A stretch of 64,000 bases of DNA from assembly GCA_965263205.1 (NCBI GenBank), contig CBDHHF010000016.1, positions 1,878 to 65,877 of the forward strand, in the 5' to 3' direction. This document shows, piece by piece, positions 53,405 through 63,654 of the stretch. The position numbers and the translations under genes were made by a program. Numbering within the stretch: position 1 is the first letter of the stretch; every line of letters begins with the position of its first letter. Source of the stretch: Rhodothermales bacterium (lineage in GTDB: Bacteria; Bacteroidota; Rhodothermia; Rhodothermales; JAHQVL01). Below the pieces are notes generated by a model. That model was given only the letters and a program-made list of their open reading frames with translations, was not told where the DNA came from and did no database searches.

Positions 53405-54937
53405 ATGATGTATACCCCTACGATCCCCCAAACCGGACGCCTTATGGCTGTGCTCGCGCTGGCGTTCGTGTTTCTGATTCCACCAACTGTCGTTGATGTG
53501 CAGGCGCAAAGCGGTACGTTCTTTAACCAGCGAGACGATACGTATCCTCTGTTAGGTTTGCGCCGTGCAAAAGAAGCTTTTGATACCCAGAAAGTGGAAT
53601 ATGAACGTCAGAAAGAGCTGTATGATAAGAAGCTGATTGCGGAAGCTGATCTGGAGCGTGCCTTTCGGAATTACTCTGAAGCGGAAGTAAACTTTCAGCA
53701 GTCGTTGCTCGCAGTCATTTTTGAGCAGCAGTACATTGTGGTGTCACGCGCTGTTAAATATCAGAAAGACAATCGCAAAAAAGGGGTACGGCTTACCCTT
53801 GAAAATGCATCGAAGGGCAGTGGCGAATATGAGAAACTGATTGGTATTGATGATTCCCTGTTTACGCTTCTGAAGCCGGATATCGTAAACAACATTTACA
53901 TCTCGCTGCTCAATGATGAAAATGCCATCATAAGCCAGCCCTACGAGCGTAAAATTGATCAGCTTGTGTTCGGAAAGCCCAAAACAGTCAATTTTGAGCT
54001 TTTGCAGGAGCTGGATGCTGTGACCGTAAGCTTGATTTATGGCAATGGTTCGCAGCAAAGCCGGAAGATCTACCTGCAAAAAGACGACTCTGAAAACATT
54101 GCTTCGATCAAGCCTGAACAGTTTTCGCAAGAGGTAGAGTTGAGCGGGAATACTGACTACCGGATGTCGCTGGAGTTGTTCAGTAGCGATGCAAATACCT
54201 TCAAGCTGGAGGCCGTTAACTTACCGTCCGAAATCAACCGTTACTTTGTTGATCCGGCGACGGATAACAGGTTGAGTCAGTTTCAGTTTACCGAAGGGGT
54301 AAACACCCGGGAAGCTGCGCTGCGCATTTTCTTGCCAGAACGTCCAACCGACAACGTTAAAATTGACGAAGGTCTGACATTCTTCGCCATCTCGATTCCC
54401 CGGGAGCGGATCGAAGAAATTGGTGATGTGAGCCGGCGACAGATGACGGAAGAAGAGATTCAGGCGCTCAACGTTGGGTACGCCAAACTTGAGCTGGTAC
54501 CACGCGGGATTGGTGAGATCCTGGTACGTGCTCCACTGCTTTCCTTTACCATCAAGCCCGACGAGGAAGTGGTGGTAAACCTGGAAGTTGTGAATGAAGG
54601 GACACGTAGCCTGAATAACGTACGGGTCGAAGCTGATCCGCCATTAAACTGGACGGATACTATTTCCCCCGATGTAATTCAAACGCTCGACATTAACGAA
54701 GAACAGCAAGTGCAATTGCGCTTCAAGCCGGCACCAAATGTGGCGCCCGGGCGGTATGAAGTGCGCGTTCAGACAACCTCACTGTCTGATGATTTGCCGA
54801 TCCGTGGAGAGGATAAAACCATCTCGATTCAAATTGAGGCGGAAGCCAACGTGTTTGGCACCCTCATCGTGGTGGTGCTGATTATCGGCCTTGTGTTGGC
54901 CATCATCATCTTTGGCATCAGACTCTCCCGCAGGTAA
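53405..54937 (+). CDS. Membrane-anchored protein with adaptor-like coiled coil and NEW3/CARDB-like beta-sandwich
   Basis: N-terminal hydrophobic segment. Coiled coil (RRAKEAFDTQKVEYERQKELYDKKLIAEADLERA..). Late domain (..VVNLEVVNEGTRSLNNVRVEADPPLNW..PGRYEVRVQTTS). C-terminal TM (LIVVVLIIGLVLAIIIFGI). Confidence 0.65.
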   Translation: MMYTPTIPQTGRLMAVLALAFVFLIPPTVVDVQAQSGTFFNQRDDTYPLLGLRRAKEAFDTQKVEYERQKELYDKKLIAEADLERAFRNYSEAEVNFQQSLLAVIFEQQYIVVSRAVKYQKDNRKKGVRLTLENASKGSGEYEKLIGIDDSLFTLLKPDIVNNIYISLLNDENAIISQPYERKIDQLVFGKPKTVNFELLQELDAVTVSLIYGNGSQQSRKIYLQKDDSENIASIKPEQFSQEVELSGNTDYRMSLELFSSDANTFKLEAVNLPSEINRYFVDPATDNRLSQFQFTEGVNTREAALRIFLPERPTDNVKIDEGLTFFAISIPRERIEEIGDVSRRQMTEEEIQALNVGYAKLELVPRGIGEILVRAPLLSFTIKPDEEVVVNLEVVNEGTRSLNNVRVEADPPLNWTDTISPDVIQTLDINEEQQVQLRFKPAPNVAPGRYEVRVQTTSLSDDLPIRGEDKTISIQIEAEANVFGTLIVVVLIIGLVLAIIIFGIRLSRR

Positions 54938-54965
54938 CAACGAACGTAGAACATAGAGATAGATC

Positions 54966-55724
54966 ATGGAAACGACCAGCCCATCTAACGGCCACGCCAT
55001 GTTGGAAGCCGACCAGCTATCCAAGCGGTATGAAGATGGCCATCTAGCCCTGGATACCCTCAATCTGACCGTAAACACGGGACAGGTATACGCCATGCTC
55101 GGCGGTAACGGGGCCGGCAAAACGACAGCCATTAACCTCTTCCTCAACTTCATTGAGCCGACGTCGGGCGAAGCGCGCGTTGATGGCATCGTAACGCACA
55201 AAGAGCCTCTTCTGGCAAAGCAGAAAATTGCCTACGTTTCTGAAAACGTCATGCTGTACCCGAACTTTACAGCATTGCAGAACCTGGACTTCTTTGTAAA
55301 GCTGGGCGGCAAGTCGAATTACACAAAAGATGACTACCGCCGCGTTCTCTTGCGCGTTGGGCTTCAGGAAGAGGCACACAACAAACGGCTTAAAGGATTT
55401 TCAAAAGGGATGCGGCAGAAATGCGGAATCGCGATTGCAATTTTAAAAGATGCCAACGCCATTTTACTGGATGAGCCTACCAGTGGACTGGACCCCAAAG
55501 CTGCATTTGAGTTCACCAAGCTCATTTTGTCCTTGCGGGAAGAAGGCAAAGCCATTCTGATGTCTACACACGATATCTTCCGCGCGAAGGACATTGCAGA
55601 CATTGTGGGCATTATGAACCTTGGTAAGCTGGTTATGCAGCGGACCAAGGACGAAATCGCCGGCGAAGATCTCGAAAAACTTTACGTCGAGTACATGGCC
55701 GGCTACATGGACCAGGCCGCTTAA
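54966..55724 (+). CDS. ABC transporter ATP-binding protein
   Basis: Walker A GGNGAGKTT, signature-like FSKGMRQK, Walker B ILLDEPTSGLD, and the H-loop STHD. Confidence 0.92.
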   Translation: METTSPSNGHAMLEADQLSKRYEDGHLALDTLNLTVNTGQVYAMLGGNGAGKTTAINLFLNFIEPTSGEARVDGIVTHKEPLLAKQKIAYVSENVMLYPNFTALQNLDFFVKLGGKSNYTKDDYRRVLLRVGLQEEAHNKRLKGFSKGMRQKCGIAIAILKDANAILLDEPTSGLDPKAAFEFTKLILSLREEGKAILMSTHDIFRAKDIADIVGIMNLGKLVMQRTKDEIAGEDLEKLYVEYMAGYMDQAA

Positions 55725-55769
55725 CGGTTTGTCCTGACTTAAAACGTATAAACGCAGCACACAAACATC

Positions 55770-57182
55770 ATGTTAAAACTTCTGGTCGAAAAAGAACTGC
55801 GCGACATTGTCAGTTCGACGAAGTTCACGATTACCTTCGCGGTATGCGCCGTGCTTATTCTGCTTGCATTCTATGTCGGCGCGCGCAATTACCAGGTGAG
55901 CATGAATGAATACGAGGCAGCTCAGGCTGAAAACCTCAAGCAGATGGAAGAGCTTACCAGCTGGAACGATATCGAACACCGGATTTTCCTTAAACCGCAA
56001 CCGCTTGCGGCTCTGGTTTCTGGTGTTTCTAATGATATCGGACGTAACCTGGAAGTTGAAACCCGCGGCGAACTCATGACTGAAAACAGCCGGTTCAGCG
56101 AAGATCCGTTGTTTGCCGTGTTCAGGTTTCTAGATCTGGAGTTTATTTTTACCGTGGTGCTTTCGCTTTTTGCCATTTTGTTTGGTTACGATGCGGTAAA
56201 CGGCGAAAAAGAACGAGGTACGCTGCGGCTTTCGTTCTCCAACTCCGTGCCGCGCGATAAATACATATTGGGCAAAATCATCGGTTCATTCCTGGCGCTG
56301 GTTGTGCCGCTACTGGTGGCAATCTTGCTCGGGTTTTTGCTGTTACCATTGTTTGGCGTCCCCATGACGGGTGAACTGTGGATGCGGCTTGGTTTGATTG
56401 TATTGTCGGGGCTGCTGTATTTCAGCGTTTTTCTCACGTTGTCGGTGTTTATTTCAGCAATGACAGAGCATTCTTCGAGCTCGTTCCTGATGCTGTTGGT
56501 TGCCTGGATTTTTGCTGTGTTGATTATCCCCAGAACTGCGGTGCTACTCTCCGGTCGTGCAGTGGATGTCCCCACAATGGACCAGATCAACTTCGAGAAA
56601 TCGGCTTTTGAAGATCAGCTGTGGCAGGAAGATCGGAAAAAAATGGATGAGTTTTGGCGCTCAAATCCGTCGAACCCCAACGAGTCGCGCGAACAACGGA
56701 TGATGCAATTTCGCACCTTCATGAGTGAGCTTGCTGATGCACGTGACGAACAAGAGCGGACCTTTGCAGAGCAGTTGAACGAAGACCGCCGCAACCGGGA
56801 AAATGTACAGCAACGCGTGGCACTTAACATTGCGCGTATCTCGCCGGCAGCATCGTTCTCGCTGGCTTCTGCCGATCTGGCCGGGACATCGCTTGAACTG
56901 AAGCGCCGTTTCCAGGAAACGGCAGACGCTTACCAGGTCAACTACGCAGAGTTTATCAATGAGAAAACAGGCGGCATGGGTGGTGGTTGGTGGTCACGGG
57001 GGGGATCAGAAACCCAGAGTGATCCCATTGATCCGTACGAACTGCCCAAGTATACATTCGAAGAGCCGCCAACCTCAGAGCTTATATCCGGTGCGTTACC
57101 GGACATTGGTCTGTTGATCATGTTTAACCTGCTCTTTTTTGTGGGCGCTTTTGTTGCCTTCCTCAAATACGACGTACGATAG
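55770..57182 (+). CDS. Large ABC-2-type permease with ~150-aa charged insertion (DUF3526-like)
   Basis: Multiple TM helices. The charged segment is EDRKKMDEFWRS..RDEQERTFAEQLNEDRRNRE. It ends ..AFLKYDVR. Confidence 0.75.
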   Translation: MLKLLVEKELRDIVSSTKFTITFAVCAVLILLAFYVGARNYQVSMNEYEAAQAENLKQMEELTSWNDIEHRIFLKPQPLAALVSGVSNDIGRNLEVETRGELMTENSRFSEDPLFAVFRFLDLEFIFTVVLSLFAILFGYDAVNGEKERGTLRLSFSNSVPRDKYILGKIIGSFLALVVPLLVAILLGFLLLPLFGVPMTGELWMRLGLIVLSGLLYFSVFLTLSVFISAMTEHSSSSFLMLLVAWIFAVLIIPRTAVLLSGRAVDVPTMDQINFEKSAFEDQLWQEDRKKMDEFWRSNPSNPNESREQRMMQFRTFMSELADARDEQERTFAEQLNEDRRNRENVQQRVALNIARISPAASFSLASADLAGTSLELKRRFQETADAYQVNYAEFINEKTGGMGGGWWSRGGSETQSDPIDPYELPKYTFEEPPTSELISGALPDIGLLIMFNLLFFVGAFVAFLKYDVR

Positions 57183-57237
57183 CGGCGTGCCGATTCACCC
57201 AGGTAGCTGCCGGCTACATACATAAAGTATCGAGACC

Positions 57238-58686
57238 ATGTTTAGCATCTTATTCGAAAAAGAACTTAAGTCGATTTTTCTGAGCCCGAAGTTTTTTGCA
57301 ACCTTTGGGGTCTGCTCGCTGCTCATTCTGCTTAGCGTGTTTGTTGGTATTCAGGAGTACAACAACGAACAGGAGCAATATGAAACTGCTTTGCGCCTGG
57401 CTGAGCAGCAGATAATGCAGGAAGATTCCTGGTGGGGTATCGACAATGTCGTTTTTCGGCAGCCCCAGCCAATGCAGATTTTTGTTTCTGGTGTAAACAA
57501 CGACATTGGCAGGAGTGCAGAAATTAGTACGTGGTATGAGCCAAAACTGGAGCGAAGCAATTATGCGGACGACACGTTATTTGCCGTATTTCGCTTTATC
57601 GACCTCACATTCATCGTGCAGGTAGTTCTTTCGCTGTTTGCCATTTTATTCACGTACAATAGCATCAACGGGGAGCGCGAATCGGGTACACTCAAGCTTG
57701 CGTTGTCCAATGCTGTGCCACGCGCGCAATATGTGCTCGCCAAGTTTGCCGGCTCCTGGATCGGCCTCACCATACCACTCATGATTCCAATACTCCTTGG
57801 CGTATTGCTCGTCATGGTGCTGGGTATTCCTATGGACGGTGGCGATTGGGCACGATTGGGTACGCTGGTAGGATCTTCCATTCTCTATTTTACCTTCTTC
57901 ATTGCCTTTGGTCTGTTTGTCTCGTCGATTACCAAGCGATCTTCGGTATCCTTCCTGATCTTGCTGGTTGCCTGGGTTGCATTGGTACTGATTGTGCCCC
58001 GCGCGGCGACGATGGCGGCAGGTCAGTTGGTACCTGTAACCAGTGTGGCTGAAGTAGAAAGCCAGAAAGATCGTTTTCGGACTGACCGCTGGAATACGTA
58101 CCGGACCATTCGCAGGGAGATGCGGGAGGATCGCGAAGCTTCCATGTCTGGTATGACGCGTGAAGAACGCCAGCAGTATCAGCAGGCGAATCAAGCGACA
58201 TGGCAAACGCAGGAGCGGGATGCACGGGATGCTCTCGAAGAAGAAATTAACGAGTTTTCGCGCAAAGTAGACGAAGAACTGCGTAACCAGAAAGTTGCAC
58301 AGGAACGCATGGCCTTTACGTTGTCGCGGTTCTCGCCGGCCTCTGCCTATAAATTGACAGCGATGCAGATGGCGAATACGGGCACAGAGCTGAAAAGTGA
58401 GTACGAAGATGCCATGAAAGCCTACCGTACAAGCTTTACCCAGTTTGTGGAAGCTAAACGCGAAGAAGAACGCGCCAGAAACGCCGGCCGTGGTGGATTT
58501 GGACGCAATAGAAATCAGGAACAGGAACCCCTCGATCTTTCCGAGTTGCCGCGCTTTGAAGCACCGCAACAGGAGTATAAAGAAGCTGTTGAACCAAGCA
58601 TCATCGATTTTGGATTGTTGAGCCTGTTTTCGATTGCAGCGTTTGCCGGTGCGTTCCTTTCTTTCATCCGGTACGACGTGCGATAG
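57238..58686 (+). CDS. Large ABC-2-type permease, paralogue of the preceding gene
   Basis: Same architecture and shared blocks (LFAVFRF(L/I)DL.FI..VVLSLFAILF.Y..(V/I)NGE(K/R)E.GTL+L..SN.VPR). It ends ..SFIRYDVR. Confidence 0.75.
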   Translation: MFSILFEKELKSIFLSPKFFATFGVCSLLILLSVFVGIQEYNNEQEQYETALRLAEQQIMQEDSWWGIDNVVFRQPQPMQIFVSGVNNDIGRSAEISTWYEPKLERSNYADDTLFAVFRFIDLTFIVQVVLSLFAILFTYNSINGERESGTLKLALSNAVPRAQYVLAKFAGSWIGLTIPLMIPILLGVLLVMVLGIPMDGGDWARLGTLVGSSILYFTFFIAFGLFVSSITKRSSVSFLILLVAWVALVLIVPRAATMAAGQLVPVTSVAEVESQKDRFRTDRWNTYRTIRREMREDREASMSGMTREERQQYQQANQATWQTQERDARDALEEEINEFSRKVDEELRNQKVAQERMAFTLSRFSPASAYKLTAMQMANTGTELKSEYEDAMKAYRTSFTQFVEAKREEERARNAGRGGFGRNRNQEQEPLDLSELPRFEAPQQEYKEAVEPSIIDFGLLSLFSIAAFAGAFLSFIRYDVR

Positions 58687-58881
58687 CACGCCACCCCTTT
58701 GACCACCAAATATGTGAACAGCACCCCGGTTCAGGCGGTATTGATGGAACGTTTCATTCATCAGTGCCGCCTATTTGTACAGGCGGATGACATTGGCGTA
58801 ATTCCGATGGTATTATCGTCTACTATTACCGCAGATGCGGTAGATTTTGGATCGTGGTGTGATCTGTAGCAAGGAGACTCA

Positions 58882-61128
58882 ATGATTAAATTTCGCTACG
58901 CTTGCGTGTTGTGTTTGTTGTGTGTTGTCAGCATCATCCCGCAGGCATTTGGGCAATCCGCCTCTGTACGTGGTATTGTCACAGCCGCTTCGGATGGGCT
59001 GCCCCTTCAAGGCGTCAACGTGGTGCTGCGACATGACAACGGTGCCTTCTTTGGCGGTGTAACAGATGGAGATGGTGTGTACGCTATTTCGCGGATTACG
59101 CCCGGTGTATACAACATGCAAGTCTCCTTTATCGGTTTTCAAACGATAACCGAAGAAGTGCTCTTAGCAGCTGAGGATACGCAGATCATCAACTATGAAC
59201 TGGTGGAAGGCGCTGCGGAGCTTGATGAGGTGCTAGTCGAGACTGAGCGAAGCACGGGTGCAACGCGGCTCACGGCCGGCCTGCAGTCCGTCAAGGCTGA
59301 AGACCTTGCGCTGGTGCCAGCCCCGGATATCACGGCTGACCTCGCAAACTACCTCTCAACGTTGCCTGGTGTAATTTCTACGGGTGACCGTGGTGGACAG
59401 TTTTTTATCCGTGGGGGCGAGCCGGCGCATAACGTAGCCCTGCTCGACGGCATGTACGTGTATCAACCCTTCCACATTCTTGGGTTCTATTCCGCATTTT
59501 CAGCTGATGTCCTCAGTCAGGCAGATATTCATGCCGGCGGTTACGGTGCTGACTACTCCGGGCGTGTATCTGCCATCATGGATGTTCGCACACGGAACGG
59601 TAACAAAAAAGATTACGAACGTTCTTTTTCCATTGCCCCGTTTGTGAATGCGGTGCGTCTGGAAGGGCCGCTCATCAAAAATCGTATTTCGTTCCTGGGC
59701 TCCTTGCGCCAGTCGGTGATCGACAAAATTGCTTCGCAGTACGTAGGGCAGGATTTGCCGTACAAGTTTGGTGATTTCTTTGGCAAGTTGCACATCGACA
59801 TCAACGCCAATAACCAGTTTTCCTTTACCGCACTCCGTACCTATGATCGCGGTGCCCTGGAAAACCAGGAGCAGGTATCTCGCGACGAAGTGCGCTGGAA
59901 TAATACAGTGATGGGGGGGCGGTACCTGGTGCTTCCGAAGAATTCACCGGTGCGTGCTGAAATCCTGTTTTCCGTTTCCAGACTTGATACGGAGCTCGGC
60001 CCACGTAGTGTACCTTCGCGTGTGTCGAAAATCGATAATTTTAACGCGGCGATTAACATCACCAACTACGCCGGCCTTTCCGAATTCAAATATGGCGGCT
60101 ACCTTCGAACCGCCGAGGTATCGTCACAGTTGGGTGGTTTGTATCAGAACTTTAGTCAGGCTGAAGACCGATTGCCCAAAGTTGGTTTGTATTTCGAGCC
60201 CGATATTTACATGGGCAAAGGGCTTCGGATTCGTCCCGGTTTGACGTACATGTTTTTCGATTCATTCAACATCCTTGAGCCCCGCTTCCGCTTTATTCTG
60301 GATATGGGCAAAGGGCAGTTGAGTGGTGCCACCGGGCTGTATCACCAGGAAGTTGTGGGCCTGAATGATCGGCGGGATGCAACCAACGTATTTACAGCCT
60401 GGGTTGGACCGCCCCTCGATGATCTGACCAAAGCCGAGCACTACATTTTGGGCTATCAGTATACAGTCAATGAAGGCCTGGAATTTTCGGTAGAAGGGTA
60501 CTATAAAAACCTGCGCAACCTGTACATCTCTGAATGGACGGCCTTCCCGCGACTTACAACGAACCTGCAACGAGCCTCGGGGAATGTAAAAGGGGTCGAT
60601 TTTCGTGCAGAGTTCAGACGCCCCAATTTCTATTCGTACGTCACATATGGCATTTCGTCGGTTGAATACAAGGCGAGCCAGGAAACGCTGGAATTGTGGT
60701 TTGGTAGTCCAGAAATCACGTTTCGCCCTCCCCATGATCGCCGGCATCAGGTAAACGCAGTGATGAATTGGAAGGTGAGTAATTTCAACCTCAATATGCG
60801 TTGGAATTTCGGATCAGGCTTGCCTTACAACCAGGTACGTGGGTTTGATCAGTTTTTGCTGCTTGATGGCAATGTTGATGTGAGCGAAGAGCCGGGAGAT
60901 ATTCGGGTTATTTACGATCGACCCTACGGCGGCGTATTGCCCACCTACCATCGCCTGGATATTTCTGTAGATCGGCAGTTTCCCTTTGAAGGTGGATTCT
61001 TTGCCATTCAGGCCGGCGTTGTCAACGTATACGACCGCGCCAATATCTTCTCGCTGGACCTGTTTACGCTTGAGCGTACCAACCAGCTGCCACTTATTCC
61101 CACCCTTGGTTTGAAGATAGAATTTTAG
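58882..61128 (+). CDS. TonB-dependent receptor (CarboxypepD_reg + plug + barrel, no STN)
   Basis: Signal peptide. VRGIVTAASDGLPLQGVNVVL. Plug (..FFIRGGEPAHNVALLDGM..). The barrel ends ..LGLKIEF. Confidence 0.88.
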   Translation: MIKFRYACVLCLLCVVSIIPQAFGQSASVRGIVTAASDGLPLQGVNVVLRHDNGAFFGGVTDGDGVYAISRITPGVYNMQVSFIGFQTITEEVLLAAEDTQIINYELVEGAAELDEVLVETERSTGATRLTAGLQSVKAEDLALVPAPDITADLANYLSTLPGVISTGDRGGQFFIRGGEPAHNVALLDGMYVYQPFHILGFYSAFSADVLSQADIHAGGYGADYSGRVSAIMDVRTRNGNKKDYERSFSIAPFVNAVRLEGPLIKNRISFLGSLRQSVIDKIASQYVGQDLPYKFGDFFGKLHIDINANNQFSFTALRTYDRGALENQEQVSRDEVRWNNTVMGGRYLVLPKNSPVRAEILFSVSRLDTELGPRSVPSRVSKIDNFNAAINITNYAGLSEFKYGGYLRTAEVSSQLGGLYQNFSQAEDRLPKVGLYFEPDIYMGKGLRIRPGLTYMFFDSFNILEPRFRFILDMGKGQLSGATGLYHQEVVGLNDRRDATNVFTAWVGPPLDDLTKAEHYILGYQYTVNEGLEFSVEGYYKNLRNLYISEWTAFPRLTTNLQRASGNVKGVDFRAEFRRPNFYSYVTYGISSVEYKASQETLELWFGSPEITFRPPHDRRHQVNAVMNWKVSNFNLNMRWNFGSGLPYNQVRGFDQFLLLDGNVDVSEEPGDIRVIYDRPYGGVLPTYHRLDISVDRQFPFEGGFFAIQAGVVNVYDRANIFSLDLFTLERTNQLPLIPTLGLKIEF

Positions 61129-61132
61129 CGAT

Positions 61133-62110
61133 ATGCAGCGTTACACAGAACATAGCATGGCTCGATATCTCATCGTATTGTCGCTGTTTGCAATTGTACT
61201 TGCAGGATGCGAAGAAGACCCGAATCCATTCCTGGGAGAAGATCAGCCTTTTACCGTGTATGGGTTCTTTAATCCAAAATCTCAACGGCAAATTGTGCGG
61301 GTCATTCCCGTTGCTAACGTTATCGATGAAGTAGGAATCGGTGCAGATCAGGCGACGGTACGGTCGGTTCACGTGGGATCGGGCGAAGTCCGCGTCTGGC
61401 GTGACTCGCTCGTCACGTTTTCTGATGAAAGCGAAGGCATTGTGTTCTTTTCCGACTTCACACCTGAGCATGAAGAGACCTATCGCCTTGAAGTGATCCG
61501 CACGGATGGTGCGATGTCCAGCGTTGAGGTAAAGGTGCCGCGCGACATTACGATCCGCCGGCTCATGGGGACGAACCCGCTCGTTCCCGAATTCCTGCTC
61601 GAAGGTGAGTTGCCTAATTTTGTACAGGTAGCAGTGAAATACCGGACTTCAGCGCTGCAACCGCAGAAGCCTGTTGTGCTTGAACCTGTGCAGTTTCCTG
61701 TGGATATCTCGTACAAAGGGCTCGAAGAGCGCGAAGGAGAGGGATGGAAGTACAGAATCGATTACCGGGAAGATCTATCGCAAATCAGGGATGCTTTTAA
61801 TGCTGCGTGCCTGACGACCGAATTCATCGCCGTTCGGTCTATTCAGTTGGAGTTTTTTGTGGGTGATAATGCCTGGGTGCCACCCGGCGGTGAGTTTGAG
61901 CCGGAATTACTCGTTCAGCCGCAGCTTTTCTCGAATGTCGAGAATGGGTTTGGCTATTTTGGGGCCGGCTACGTTGTGGATTTCAACGTGCTGCCCACCA
62001 CCCCAATCTTGCAGCAGGTAGGCTTTATCTTCGATCCCCCTTGTACAGACATGACGCCCCTGACAGATCCCTCGTGTCAGTTGTTTGAAGGATGTTTCGA
62101 TATGCAGTAA
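61133..62110 (+). CDS. DUF4249-like lipoprotein
   Basis: Lipobox (VLAGCEED). Its size and its position 4 nt after the TBDR gene match the DUF4249/TBDR pairing common in Bacteroidota. Confidence 0.6.
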   Translation: MQRYTEHSMARYLIVLSLFAIVLAGCEEDPNPFLGEDQPFTVYGFFNPKSQRQIVRVIPVANVIDEVGIGADQATVRSVHVGSGEVRVWRDSLVTFSDESEGIVFFSDFTPEHEETYRLEVIRTDGAMSSVEVKVPRDITIRRLMGTNPLVPEFLLEGELPNFVQVAVKYRTSALQPQKPVVLEPVQFPVDISYKGLEEREGEGWKYRIDYREDLSQIRDAFNAACLTTEFIAVRSIQLEFFVGDNAWVPPGGEFEPELLVQPQLFSNVENGFGYFGAGYVVDFNVLPTTPILQQVGFIFDPPCTDMTPLTDPSCQLFEGCFDMQ

Positions 62111-62113
62111 TGA

Positions 62114-62143
62114 GGTTTGGTTGCAGGTTACAGGTTGAAAGTT
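62114..62143. repeat. Short intergenic repeat GGTTTGGTTGCAGGTTACAGGTTGAAAGTT (related to 29942-29972)
   Basis: Its reverse complement matches AACTTTCAACCT(T/G)TAACCTGCAACC at 29942-29966. A second inverted partial copy (CCTTCAACCTGTAAGC) lies at about 62249-62266. Confidence 0.7.
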
Positions 62144-62288
62144 GTTTGGCCTTATGCGATTAAGTTTTCCTTCAGGTGGCTTGTAAACAAAGCATCAAAA
62201 CTTCTGTGATTGATACTTGGCGTCCTGGTATCATTTAAATGCAAAAGATCCTTCAACCTGTAAGCACAAAAAATATTTGTTTGTGCCC

Positions 62289-62852
62289 CTACCCTTCTTC
62301 CGACGTATTGCCCTGAATGGCGCGGTAAAGAAACGCCTTGGCTTTGAACCAGTCGCGGTCGATGGTGCGCTTGGTTACGCGTAATACACGCGCTGTCTCT
62401 TCTATCGAAAGGCCTGAGAAAAACCGTAATTCTACTACTTTGCCCAGGCGTTCATTGAGGGCTGAAAGTTGGGTGAGTGCCTTGTCGAGGTCGAGAATCT
62501 CTACAATTTCTGTATCGACCATGATGGTGGCGCGCTCGGCCTGGCTGAGAGAAGTTGGCTTTGAATGTCCACCGCGCCGCTCAGCATATTGCCGGCGTGC
62601 GTAGTCTACTAAAATTTGCCGCATGGCGCGTGCCGCCGTAGCAAAAAAGTGGGTGTCGTCGTTCCAGCGGTCGGGATCGTGTTTGTTGAGTTTGATATAG
62701 GCTTCGTGAACAAGTGCAACGGTATCGATCGTTTGCCCCGTACGGTACCGGCGTAGCTGTTTCTGCGCGATGACAACCAGTTCATCGTATACAATGTGAA
62801 ACGGCCGGTCTGACGGCGTGATTCTGTCCCGATTTGACTCTTCACTTTCCAT
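62289..62852 (-). CDS. ECF-type sigma factor (Sigma70_ECF / TIGR02999-like family)
   Basis: ..TVALVHEAYIKL..HFFATAARAMRQILVDYAR..LSIEETARVLRVTKRTIDRDWFKAKAFL.. is characteristic of this ECF subfamily. Confidence 0.8.
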   Translation of the reverse strand: MESEESNRDRITPSDRPFHIVYDELVVIAQKQLRRYRTGQTIDTVALVHEAYIKLNKHDPDRWNDDTHFFATAARAMRQILVDYARRQYAERRGGHSKPTSLSQAERATIMVDTEIVEILDLDKALTQLSALNERLGKVVELRFFSGLSIEETARVLRVTKRTIDRDWFKAKAFLYRAIQGNTSEEG

Positions 62853-63113
62853 GTTCTGCGGATCGTGTCAGTTCATTTGCGCCGGCGAAGCGAGGAAATA
62901 AAGATAGGCTTAAATACGAAGGAAGCAATACCTTTTTTCCCGAAAGAGCCGGTAATTTATGGATACAGATCTTTTTGATGTCGCGTACTACTGAAAGCTT
63001 GCGTTCTAGTAGGTGAGTTGCACAAACCCACTTCAGGCGACCCGAGTAGGCATAGCAGGCGTTGCGAAGGTTGTCCAACTCTTCCGTGTCCGTTTCATAC
63101 AATAAGAACGGTT

Positions 63114-63560
63114 ATGAGTCTGGATTATTCTGGTCTGTTTCAGCGCATAAACAGAAGCGAGGCAGCAATCAACAAAACTATAGCAACCTATAAGACGACT
63201 ATTCCCACTGCAAAATCCGAATGGCCCTTTCTGGTAGCTCAGGTTTGGAATCATATTCGATTACACTTTGATGAGGCCAACACCAATGTATCGCAGGTGC
63301 TTGATAAGCATAATATCCACACGAATACATTCCAGGGTGTGTTCAGGAGCTATACCGGTTGGACGGTGAAGGGCATTATTGTGTATCACCGGATAGAAGT
63401 GGCCAAACGATTGCTTGAAAGTGGCGAACTGATGGTTAACGAAATTGCGCGAGGCGTTGGATATGCCGGCACGGTATCGTTCAACCGGATGTTTAAAAAA
63501 GTAGTAGGGGAGACGCCAACGGGATACAAAAAGCTCAAGCAGGATATCTGGTTAAACTAG
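63114..63560 (+). CDS. AraC-family HTH protein
   Basis: C-terminal AraC HTH (..VNEIARGVGYAGTVSFNRMFKKVVGETPTGYKK). Start trimmed to the ATG at 63114. Confidence 0.7.
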   Translation: MSLDYSGLFQRINRSEAAINKTIATYKTTIPTAKSEWPFLVAQVWNHIRLHFDEANTNVSQVLDKHNIHTNTFQGVFRSYTGWTVKGIIVYHRIEVAKRLLESGELMVNEIARGVGYAGTVSFNRMFKKVVGETPTGYKKLKQDIWLN

Positions 63561-63654
63561 TACTCGGATTCATCAAAAAAATCAACCGAGTTAAATCCGT
63601 ATCCTGGATACCTGCGAAGGATATCCCGTGCAAACCCTTCTGGTATCGCTAAAT

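Noticed and set aside
57646-58761. A 371-aa antisense ORF, plus similar long shadow ORFs at 46852-47688, 44260-44859, 682-1275 and 29244-29834.
   Set aside because: They lie opposite to, or out of frame with, genes that have clear domain signatures. Their composition is Arg/Ser/Cys-rich and low in complexity, with no motifs. They are typical shadow ORFs.
58687-58881. Possible riboswitch (for example cobalamin) in the 195-nt leader of the TBDR gene.
   Set aside because: I could not find a B12-box or another riboswitch core I recognise, only short local hairpins. A covariance-model scan would be needed before any claim.
62289-62852. A TIGR02999-like ECF sigma as part of a kinase-linked system, since this subfamily is often adjacent to Ser/Thr kinases.
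   Set aside because: No kinase or anti-sigma gene is adjacent. The gene is flanked by a convergent DUF4249 gene and a divergent AraC gene, so no system can be inferred from this window.
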